Shown piece after piece: positions 7,512 through 15,130 of a stretch of DNA of 64,000 bases. The stretch is from contig CAVPJT010000004.1 of assembly GCA_963705485.1 (NCBI GenBank), positions 16,200-80,199 of the forward strand. Direction: 5' to 3'. Source of the DNA: Ilumatobacteraceae bacterium (GTDB taxonomy: Bacteria; Actinomycetota; Acidimicrobiia; Acidimicrobiales; Ilumatobacteraceae). Under the pieces are notes generated by a model. That model was given only the letters and a program-made list of their open reading frames with translations, made no database searches and was not told the origin of the DNA. How positions within the stretch are numbered: the stretch's first letter is position 1; each line of letters starts with the position of its first letter. The position numbers were made by a program, and so were the translations under genes.

Positions 7512-8694
7512 GTTCGCGGAACGGCACACCGCGGTCGACCGACGGTTCGCGGGGCAGGCCCAGTACCCGATCGCCGATGATGTTGCGCTGGATCTCGTCG
7601 GTCCCGCCGGCGATGCTCGACTGGAAGCTGTTCAGCACGATGCGCTGCAGCTCGGCGCCGCTCTCGTCGTCGGGTCCCACGCCACCGACCCGGGTCCGGC
7701 GAACTCGAGCGCCATCTCGCGGACCTTCCAGGCGATGTTCGAGCCGAAGAGCTTGCCGAGCGATCCACCGGGGCCCGGGGTCTTGCCGGCCTTGAGCTCG
7801 TCACGGGTCTTCATCGCCACGAGCGACTTGCAGGTCTCCATCGACCAGATCTTCATCATCTGATCACGCACCACCGGGTCGTCGATCTTGCCGTTCGACT
7901 CGGCGGCCTTGCGGAGCATCTTGAAGTTCGGCTGGTTGATCTTGCCGGCGCCGGCGCCACCGATGGCGACACGCTCGTACATCAACATCGCGGTCGCGAG
8001 GTTCCACCCGTTGTTGAGATCGCCGATCAACCAGTCCTTCGGGATGCGGACGTCGCTGAAGAACACCTCGTTGAAGTGTGAGCCACCGTCGATCTGGTGG
8101 ATCGGGCGGATCTCGACGCCCGGAGCGCGCATGTCGAGGATGAACATGGAGATGCCGGCGTGCTTCACCTGGTCGGGGTCGGTGCGGGCCACGACGAGGC
8201 CGTAGTCGCTCTTGTGGGCGAGCGTGGTCCACACCTTCTGGCCGTTGATGACCCACTCGTCACCGTCGAGTTCGGCCTTGGTCTGCAGGCTCGCGACGTC
8301 GGAACCGGCGCCCGGCTCGGAGAACATCTGGCACCACATGGTCTTGCCGGAGATGTTGTCGGCGAGGAAGCGTTCCTTCTGCTCGTGGGTGCCGTACTCG
8401 GCGAGCATCGGCATGCACATGCCGTGGCTGATGATGAATTCGCTGTCGGGCATCGGGTAGTTGCCCTTGACCTCGCGCCAGATCTTCTCGTGGGCGAGGG
8501 TCTGGCCGCCGCCGCCGTACTCGGCGGGCACGGGCAGTCCGGCGAGACCGGCCTCGGCGGCTGCAGCGAGGAATGCCTTCTGGTCGTCGATGCTTCGCGG
8601 CCGGCTTGGTGCCGTACTGCTCCATGAAGTCGACGCACTTCTGGCGGAACTCGGCGGCTTCGGCGTCGGTCAATCCGGTGGCGGTGTCGGTCAT
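7486..8694 (-). pseudogene. acyl-CoA dehydrogenase, 2 frame switches (~8590 and ~7680)
   Basis: MTDTATGLTDAEAAEFRQKCVDFMEQYGTKPAA / SIDDQKAFLAAAAEAGLAGLPVPAEYGGGGQT..WCQMFSEPGAGSDVASLQTKAELDGDEWVINGQKVWTT.. / DDESGAELQRIVLNSFQSSIAGGTDEIQRNIIGDRVLGLPREP. Confidence 0.85.
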
Positions 8695-8756
8695 GTCATG
8701 TCCTCCAAGACGGTGGTCGCGAGAGATTGTGCAACGCGCAACAATCTGCAGTTGCA

Positions 8757-8780
8757 ATACTGTATGGCATCGTACAGTAT
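8757..8780. promoter_or_regulatory. perfect palindrome, candidate MarR operator
   Basis: ATACTGTA-tggcatcg-TACAGTAT lies in the divergent spacer between the acyl-CoA dehydrogenase (start 8694) and the marR-thiolase pair. Confidence 0.4.
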
Positions 8781-8861
8781 GTGTCCACACGTGTCGCTAC
8801 CGAACCGTCACACCGTGCCGGGTCAAACGTGACCAGTTCGCCGCCGACAGACACGACCCCG

Positions 8862-9383
8862 ATGAGCAACCTCACCACCCACGAACTCGACTCGCCGCCG
8901 TGGCTCCGTGTGGAGTCCACGCTGATGGCGACGGCACGACTCGTGCGAGTCGCGTTCGACACCCGGCTCGCTCCGCTCGATCTGAACCTCACCCAGGCGT
9001 CGCTGCTCGGCTACGTCCACGAGTTCGGCGCGACCACCCAGACCGATCTCGCCGACCATCTCGGGATCGGTCGTGCCGCCATCGGCTCGGTGATCGACCG
9101 CCTGCAGGCCCGCGGACTCGTGGAACGTCAACCGAAGCCCGACGACCGGCGGGTGTGGCTCGTCGCCATCACCGACGCCGGCGCGGAGCTGGCCGCACAG
9201 ATCAACGACGTCGACCAGGTGCTGCGCGCCGAGCTTCGCCACGGACTCGGCCGCGAGGAACGTCAGGCGCTCGCCTGGGTGATGACTCGCCTCCAGCAGA
9301 ACCTCGCCACGGCCATCGCCAAGACACCCGTCTCAACCCTCTCAACCACCATCTCAACCACACCAACAGGAGAAACCCAATGA
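8862..9383 (+). CDS. MarR family transcriptional regulator
   Basis: LNLTQASLLGYVHEFGATTQTDLADHLGIGRAAIGSVIDRLQARGLVERQPKPDDRRVWLVAITDAG is a winged-helix MarR core. The start is ambiguous (ATG 8862 or GTG 8829). The stop overlaps the thiolase start (ATGA at 9380-9383). Confidence 0.85.
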   Translation: MSNLTTHELDSPPWLRVESTLMATARLVRVAFDTRLAPLDLNLTQASLLGYVHEFGATTQTDLADHLGIGRAAIGSVIDRLQARGLVERQPKPDDRRVWLVAITDAGAELAAQINDVDQVLRAELRHGLGREERQALAWVMTRLQQNLATAIAKTPVSTLSTTISTTPTGETQ

Positions 9384-10548
9384 CCGAAGCAGTGATCGTC
9401 GACGCCATCCGCACGCCGGGCGGCAAGCGCAACGGCAAGCTCAAGGACCAGCACCCCGCTGCGCTCGCCGCGCAGGTCCTCAAGGCCCTCGAGGAGCGCA
9501 ACGGCCTCGACCCCGCCATGGTCGACGACGTCATCATGGGCTGCGTGATGCAGGTCGGTGAGCAGTCGCTCAACATCGGCCGCAACGCCGTGCTCGCCGC
9601 CGGCTGGCCCGAAGAGGTCCCGTCGACCACGATCGACCGCCAGTGCGGCTCGAGCCAGCAGTCGATGCACTTCGCCGCGCAGGGCGTGATGGCCGGCGCC
9701 GTACGACGTCGTCGTCGCCGCCGGTGTCGAAGTGATGACCCGCACCCCGATGGGCGCCTCGATCGTGCAGGGCATGGGTTTCCCGTTCCCGCAGGAGCAG
9801 CTCGACCGCTACGCCGAGACCGGCCTGCCGCCGCAGGGCATCGGTGCCGACATGATCGCCGCCGAGTACGGCATCACCCGTGAAGATCTCGACGAGTTCG
9901 GCGCCACCAGCCAGCAGCGCGCCGCCGTCGGCGCGCGACGAAGGTCGTTTCGAGAACGAGATCATCCCGATCGAGGTCGAGATCGACGGCCAGACCGAGA
10001 CGATGACCGCCGACGAAGGCATCCGGGAGGGCACCACCGCCGAGACGCTGGCCAAGCTGAAGCCGGCCTTCAAGGAGGACGGCGTGATCACCGCCGGCAA
10101 CTCCTCGCAGATCTCCGACGGTGCGTCCGCGGTGCTCATCATGAGCAGGGAGAAGGCCGATGAGCTCGGGATGAAGCCTCGTGCCCGCTTCCACGCGTTC
10201 GCCGTCACCGGCGCCGACCCGGTCACGATGCTCAAGGGCCCGATCCCGGCGACCAAGAAGATCCTGGAGAAGACCGGGATCAGCATCGACGACATCGATC
10301 TGTTCGAGGTCAACGAGGCCTTCGCCTCGGTCGTGCTGGCCTGGCAGAAGGAGACCGGCGCCGACATGAGCAAGGTCAACGTCAACGGTGGCGCCATCGC
10401 CCTCGGCCACCCGCTCGGCGCCTCGGGCACCAAGCTGATGGCGACGCTGCTCAACGAGCTCGAGCGCACCGGTGGCCGCTACGGCCTGCAGGTGATGTGT
10501 GAGGGCGGCGGCATGGCCAACGCCACCATCATCGAACGCCTCGACTGA
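9380..10548 (+). pseudogene. acetyl-CoA C-acyltransferase (thiolase), 2 frame switches (~9700 and ~9935)
   Basis: MTEAVIVDAIRTPGGKRNGKLKD..IDRQCGSSQQSMHFAAQGVMAGA / VMTRTPMGAS..ITREDLDEFGATSQQRAA / EGRFENEIIPIEV..NSSQISDGASAVLIMS..NEAFASVVLAW..NVNGGAIALGHPLGASG..MCEGGGMANATIIERLD. Confidence 0.85.
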
Positions 10549-10592
10549 CCTCCGTCCCCCAACCTCCCAACCCCCAACCCCAACCCCCCAAC
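10549..10592. repeat. C-rich (CCCCAA-like) low-complexity tract, with a G-quadruplex-type motif on the minus strand
   Basis: CCTCCGTCCCCCAACCTCCCAACCCCCAACCCCAACCCCCCAACAC. The complement has G-runs of 6, 4, 5, 3 and 5 separated by TT. Confidence 0.5.
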
Positions 10593-10598
10593 ACGTGT

Positions 10599-10637
10599 GC
10601 AGATCCGGTCGCTGAGCGGCCGGATCTGCGCGTTTTT
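10599..10637 (+). terminator. rho-independent terminator after the thiolase gene
   Basis: GCAGATCCGG (10599-10608) / CCGGATCTGC (10620-10629), an 11-nt loop, then GCGTTTTTCGG. Confidence 0.6.
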
Positions 10638-10666
10638 CGGTTCGCCTGGTCGGGTACGGTCGGACC

Positions 10667-11338
10667 ATGGCGAACGACACCCGGGTTCCGCTCGAGCTGC
10701 TGCGAGTGGCCAGCGCAAGCGGAGCGGTCCGCGTGCATGCCGTGGCCGGCCTCGACGAGGTATTGGTCGATGGTGCGGCCATCGTGGTCGACGGCTCGCG
10801 GGCCACGGTCGACGGCCGGAACTCGAAGCTCGAAGTTCGCGTACCGAAGGGGCTGGACCTCGTGATCGGAACGTCGTCGGGGCGGGTCGACGTGCTCGGC
10901 AGCGCGGGGTCGGTCGCCGTCGTCACTTCCTCCGGCAAGGTGTCGGTCGACGAGGCGGCGTCGGTGGACATTCGCACGACGAGCGGCAAGGTCACCGTCA
11001 ACGCCACGGACGGCGAGTGTCGGATCCTCGGTGGAAGTGGGCGGGTCACCGTCGGCCGATGTGGATCGGCCCACGTCTCCACGGACAGTGGGCGGATCAC
11101 GCTGCGCGACGTGCGTGGGGCGGTTCAGGCGCACTGCGCAAGCGGCAGGATCGACATCGACATGACGACGGCCAGCGACGTCGACGCCGAGACCGTGTCG
11201 GGGCGGATCTCGGTCGCGATGCCTGCCGGTGCGAACGTGCGCGTCGACACCCCGTCGAGCGCTCCGGCGGAGTTGCGTGGGGAGCACGACTGCGTCGTCA
11301 CCGCTCGGTCGGGCAGCGGCCGAGTGGCCGTCCGGTGA
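10667..11338 (+). CDS. DUF4097-type beta-strand repeat protein (putative adhesin fold)
   Basis: Repeated S/TSG(K/R)(V/I)xV units (TSSGRVDV, TSSGKVSV, TTSGKVTV, GGSGRVTV, TDSGRITL, CASGRIDI, TVSGRISV, SGSGRVAV). Confidence 0.75.
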   Translation: MANDTRVPLELLRVASASGAVRVHAVAGLDEVLVDGAAIVVDGSRATVDGRNSKLEVRVPKGLDLVIGTSSGRVDVLGSAGSVAVVTSSGKVSVDEAASVDIRTTSGKVTVNATDGECRILGGSGRVTVGRCGSAHVSTDSGRITLRDVRGAVQAHCASGRIDIDMTTASDVDAETVSGRISVAMPAGANVRVDTPSSAPAELRGEHDCVVTARSGSGRVAVR

Positions 11339-11856
11339 GCGCCACTCCCGCAGCCGCAGACACGGCAGCCATCGTGTTCACCGATCTCGTCGGCTTCACG
11401 GCATACACCGACGTACACGGTGATCGGGCGGCGGTGGATGTGCTCGATCGCCAGTCGACCATCGTGAGCGACCAACTCTCTGGCCGGGGCCGCATCGTCA
11501 AGGAGCTCGGCGACGGGTTGATGCTGTGGTTCGGAGATGGGCCCATGGGTCTGACGGTGGCGCGCAGCGTCCTCGCCTCGGTGTCTGCGGCGCGTGATCA
11601 TGACGAATTTCCACTTGCCGTCCGCATGGGCATGCATGTCGGCGACGTGATCGAGCGGGGCGACGACTTCGTCGGTCAGACGGTCAACATCGCCTCGCGG
11701 GTGGCGGACCTTGCCGGACCCGGTGAGCTGCTGGTGACCGAACAGGTCGTGCGATCGCTCGACGGGAACGGGCAGACCGCGGCGTTCCGACCCGTCGGTC
11801 CGACGAGTGTGAAAGGCGTCGGCGCTCCGATCTGGTTGCATCGATTGGCGACCTGA
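11335..11856 (+). CDS. class III adenylate/guanylate cyclase, catalytic domain only
   Basis: AIVFTDLVGFTAYTD, VKELGDGLMLWF, RMGMHVGDV and GQTVNIASRVADLAGPGELLVTEQV. The GTG start overlaps the upstream stop (GTGA at 11335-11338). Confidence 0.8.
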   Translation: MSATPAAADTAAIVFTDLVGFTAYTDVHGDRAAVDVLDRQSTIVSDQLSGRGRIVKELGDGLMLWFGDGPMGLTVARSVLASVSAARDHDEFPLAVRMGMHVGDVIERGDDFVGQTVNIASRVADLAGPGELLVTEQVVRSLDGNGQTAAFRPVGPTSVKGVGAPIWLHRLAT

Positions 11857-12744
11857 GTGACGGACCAACCGATACTCCGCGTCGGTTGTCCGATGTGGGC
11901 GCACCCACCATGGGTTGGGCGGTTCCTGTCGCCGAGCAATCGTGGCCGGGAGCTGGCTGAGTACGCAGGTTGGTGCAACGCCGTCGAGGGCAACACGACG
12001 TTCTATGCGGTGCCGTCGGAGCGGACAGTCGCGAAGTGGGCCGCGCAGGCGCCCGCCGATTTCCGATTCGCGTTCAAGGTGCCGCGCCACATCACCCACG
12101 AACTGCGCTTGCGTGGTGGTGAGGCGGTCGCCGCGCTCGGCGAATTCCTCGCTGCGATCGATCCGCTCGATGCACGCGTGGGGCCCGTCCAGGTGCAGCT
12201 GCCGCCAACGTTCGGACCCGAGTCGCTGGACACGTTGCGGTCGTTCGTCGGGCGGTTGTCCACTTCGCGCGGTCGGGTCGTCGAGTTGCGCCATCGAGCG
12301 TTCTTCGATGGCGGCCCGGCACACCGTGCGGTCGATGATCTCCTCGGTGATGCCGGCATCGGTCGCGTGGTGCTCGACACCCGGCCGCTGTACGCAGCGC
12401 CGCCGAGATCGGACGCAGCCGTCGATGAACGACGCACGAAGCCGAGGCTGCCGGTGGTCACCGACCTGATGGGAGCGTCACCGATCGTGCGGGTGATCGG
12501 CTCCGACGACCTCGACGGCACTGCGGACGGTCTGCGCACGTGGATCCCGCAACTCGTGGCATGGATCGCGGAGGGTCGCGAGCCGTTCGTCTTCGTGCAC
12601 CAGCCCGAGAACCTCGAGTCTCCAGCGCTCGCCCGGATGCTGCACGCCGAGATCGTCGACCTCGTCGATGGGCTCGTCGCCCTGCCGACCCCACTGCCGG
12701 TCGCTCCGGCCTCCGAGGTCGTTGGCCAGGACTCCCTGTTCTGA
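11857..12744 (+). CDS. DUF72 (UPF0759) family protein
   Basis: ILRVGCPMWAHPPWVGRFL..ELAEYAGWCNAVEGNTTFYAVPSERTVAKWAAQAPADFRFAFKVPRHITH. The GTG start abuts the cyclase stop. Confidence 0.85.
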   Translation: MTDQPILRVGCPMWAHPPWVGRFLSPSNRGRELAEYAGWCNAVEGNTTFYAVPSERTVAKWAAQAPADFRFAFKVPRHITHELRLRGGEAVAALGEFLAAIDPLDARVGPVQVQLPPTFGPESLDTLRSFVGRLSTSRGRVVELRHRAFFDGGPAHRAVDDLLGDAGIGRVVLDTRPLYAAPPRSDAAVDERRTKPRLPVVTDLMGASPIVRVIGSDDLDGTADGLRTWIPQLVAWIAEGREPFVFVHQPENLESPALARMLHAEIVDLVDGLVALPTPLPVAPASEVVGQDSLF

Positions 12745-12783
12745 GTTGCGAGTTGCGGCGTGGGCGACCGGCACACTGAGGGA

Positions 12784-13710
12784 ATGGCTCGTCGCAGCAT
12801 CCTGATCGACACCGACACCGCGTCCGACGACGCGATCGCACTCGTGCTTGCGATTCGTGACCCGACGGTCGACGTTCGCGCCGTGACGGTGGTCGCCGGC
12901 AATGTGCCGCTCGACCTGGCCGTGAGGAACGCGATCGTCACCCTCGACCTCGCCGGCGGCGCCGACATTGCGCTGCACGCCGGGCGAGACCGCCCGCTCA
13001 CCCGATCGCTCGACACCGCCCAGTTCGTGCACGGCCAGGACGGTATGGGCGGTGCACCGTTGCCGGAACCATCGCGGGCAGCGACCTCCGCCGACGCCGT
13101 CGGAGTCCTCCTCGACATCGCTGCGAACGAACCCGGCCAACACGACCTGGTCACGCTCGGCCCACTCACCAACATCGCGGCTGCGCTCGAACACGACCCC
13201 GACCTGCTCACGAAGTTCGGCCACACCTACCTGATGGCCGGCTCGCCGGACGGTGTCGGCAACGTCGACGCCCTCGGCGAGTACAACGTGTGGGCCGACC
13301 CGGAAGCGGCGACAGCAGTGTTCGCCGCGCCGGGCGCGAAGACGATGATCGGCTGGAACATCTCGCGGAAGTTCGCCGTGATGACCGACGAGGAACAGTC
13401 GGCGTTGGCCGCCGTCGGCCCGCTGGGCAAGTTCGCAATCGACATCAACGGCGACGTCGAGCAGTACTGCCTCGACACCGGTCTCGCCGGGTTCGATCTC
13501 CCCGACCCCATCGCCATGGCCGTGGCCCTGGACGACTCGATCATCACCGAGGCCACCGACGAGTGGCTCGTGGTCGGCCTCGACGGCCCCACCCGCGGCT
13601 GCACGATCCCCGACCGCCGCTTCGGCCGGTCCGATCCGAACATCCGCGTACCGTGGTCGGTCGACGAAGCCGCCTTCAAACAACGACTGCTCGTCGCGTG
13701 CGCCGAGTGA
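12784..13710 (+). CDS. nucleoside hydrolase (IU-NH family)
   Basis: SILIDTDTASDDAIALVLA (DxDxxxDD motif), VTVVAGNVPL and the C-terminal WADPEAA. Confidence 0.85.
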   Translation: MARRSILIDTDTASDDAIALVLAIRDPTVDVRAVTVVAGNVPLDLAVRNAIVTLDLAGGADIALHAGRDRPLTRSLDTAQFVHGQDGMGGAPLPEPSRAATSADAVGVLLDIAANEPGQHDLVTLGPLTNIAAALEHDPDLLTKFGHTYLMAGSPDGVGNVDALGEYNVWADPEAATAVFAAPGAKTMIGWNISRKFAVMTDEEQSALAAVGPLGKFAIDINGDVEQYCLDTGLAGFDLPDPIAMAVALDDSIITEATDEWLVVGLDGPTRGCTIPDRRFGRSDPNIRVPWSVDEAAFKQRLLVACAE

Positions 13711-13732
13711 CCTGCATGGGGCTCCATCAATC

Positions 13733-13788
13733 CACGTTTGCGTGAGGTTTTCGGTGACCCGTCCCACCCGAAGTGCAACGCAAACATG
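13733..13788 (+). repeat. hairpin repeat family HR-A, copy 1
   Basis: CACGTTTGCGTGAGGTTTTCGGT-GACCCGTCCCA-CCCGAAGTGCAACGCAAACATG. The outer GTTTGCGT/ACGCAAAC and inner TTCGGTG/CACCCGAA segments pair. Confidence 0.8.
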
Positions 13789-13807
13789 ATTGGTGCCGGG
13801 CTCAAGG

Positions 13808-13862
13808 CGTTTGTGCGCAAGTTTCGGTGACCCGTCCCACCTGTAGTGCAACGCAAACGTGG
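13808..13862 (+). repeat. hairpin repeat family HR-A, copy 2 (tandem with copy 1)
   Basis: GCGTTTGTGCGCAAGTTTCGGT-GACCCGTCCCA-CCTGTAGTGCAACGCAAACGTGG. Confidence 0.75.
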
Positions 13863-13873
13863 TTGGCGCGGTG

Positions 13874-14497
13874 TCAGCGGGGGAGGGGGCGGTCGCCGGA
13901 CAGCGGGCCCTCGGAGCGGGTGCGCTTGAGTTCGAAGAACGAGTCGATGTCCATCATCGTCACGAGCGCATCCCACATCGCCACGCTCTTCTCGGTGGAC
14001 GGGATCCGCGAGATGATCGGGCCGAAGTAGCCGGCTTTCACACCGTCGGAGTTGTCGAACGCGATGATCGGGGTGCCGACGTCGTTGCCGACCAGTTCCA
14101 AGCCCTCGTCCATACCCTCGCGGATCACGGCATCCCATGACTCCTCGTCGAAGGCCGCTGCGTGCGAGGTGTCGAGCCCGACGGTCGCCAACGCATCGGC
14201 GGGGTCGAATGGGGTCTCTTTGTCGTGGTGGATGCGTGCGCCGAACTCCCAGTACAGCTTGAACACGCCGTCGTTGCCATCGGTGGTGCGCACCGACTCC
14301 ATCACGCGCAGCAGCCCGTGAGTGAACTTCGATCCCTCGTACCAGGGCGTGTCCGGGTCGGGCTCATTCTTGAAGAACAAGCTGATCGGGCGCCACGTGA
14401 TGTCGATGTCGCGGTGCGGCTGCACCTCGTCGACGGCCCAGCGGGCGGTGGCCCAGCAGAACGGGCAGCCAGGGTCGACCCAGAAGTCGATGTTCAT
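13874..14497 (-). CDS. DsbA-fold thiol oxidoreductase, Rv2466c (mycoredoxin-2)-like
   Basis: MNIDFWVDPGCPFCWATARWAVDEV...GTPIIAFDNS..FFELKRTRSEGP is collinear with M. tuberculosis Rv2466c as I recall it (DFWFDPLCPWCW...FFELKRTRTEPP). Confidence 0.8.
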   Translation of the reverse strand: MNIDFWVDPGCPFCWATARWAVDEVQPHRDIDITWRPISLFFKNEPDPDTPWYEGSKFTHGLLRVMESVRTTDGNDGVFKLYWEFGARIHHDKETPFDPADALATVGLDTSHAAAFDEESWDAVIREGMDEGLELVGNDVGTPIIAFDNSDGVKAGYFGPIISRIPSTEKSVAMWDALVTMMDIDSFFELKRTRSEGPLSGDRPLPR

Positions 14498-15043
14498 GTC
14501 GTCACGTCGCTTTCGTTGCTGACGGGCTGAGGGGTTGCGGGGATCGAGACACCGACGCCGCCCAACTCGTCACGGCCGAACCGGTCGATCTCGGCAGGGA
14601 GGTCGAGTGGGCCGACCGAGGCACGGGCGGCGACGTCGGCGGCGTTGAGCAGGTGAGCGGGAATCAACCACACGACTTCGAACTCGATGCCGTTGGGGTC
14701 TTTCGCGTAGAGGCTCTTGGTGGTTCCGTGGTCGCTGGCGCCGACGAGCGCCCCGCGCTCGGCGCAGCGCAGTGGCGAGGCGCTGGAGTTCGCCGAGCGT
14801 GTCGACCTCCCAGGCCAGGTGGTAGAGCCCGACGGTGGTGCGGCCAGCGTCGGACGGGCCCGCGTCCGAGCCGATCTGGAACACGCCGAGGTCGTGGTCG
14901 TTCGTGGAGCCGGGCGCTTGCAGGAACGCAGCCCCCGGGAACTCGCTGACCACCCGGAAGTCGAGCACGGAGCCGTAGAACTCCTTGGTTTCCTCCACGT
15001 CTCGGACGTAGAGCACGGCGTGATTCAGTCGGTGCACACTCAT
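14494..15043 (-). pseudogene. VOC/glyoxalase-family (extradiol dioxygenase-like) protein, 1 frame switch (~14765)
   Basis: MSVHRLNHAVLYVRDVEETKEFYGSVLDFRVV..GLYHLAWEVDTLGELQRLATAL / AERGALVGASDHGTTKSLYAKDPNGIEFEVVWLIP... The stop overlaps the downstream start (ATGA at 14494-14497). Confidence 0.75.
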
Positions 15044-15130
15044 CCCCACCTTCAAGTCAATTGCGCTCGCAAACATTCCCAGCAGGAAATGTCTGCTGAA
15101 CCTGCGGTCGCTTGCGGCGAGACTGGACGA

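Noticed and set aside
10549-10592. CCCCAA-like tract as a telomere or linear-replicon end
   Set aside because: It is internal, short (44 nt) and imperfect. It lies between an ordinary gene and its terminator and shows no terminal-protein or telomere context. I kept it only as a G4/low-complexity observation.
13733-13862. Possible CRISPR array (also 55497-55613 and 40654-40758)
   Set aside because: Each locus has only two units. The spacers between units are 5-20 bp, or 17 bp for HR-B. The units are long imperfect hairpins and no cas genes are present. They are better described as REP/MITE-like or RNA-structure repeats.
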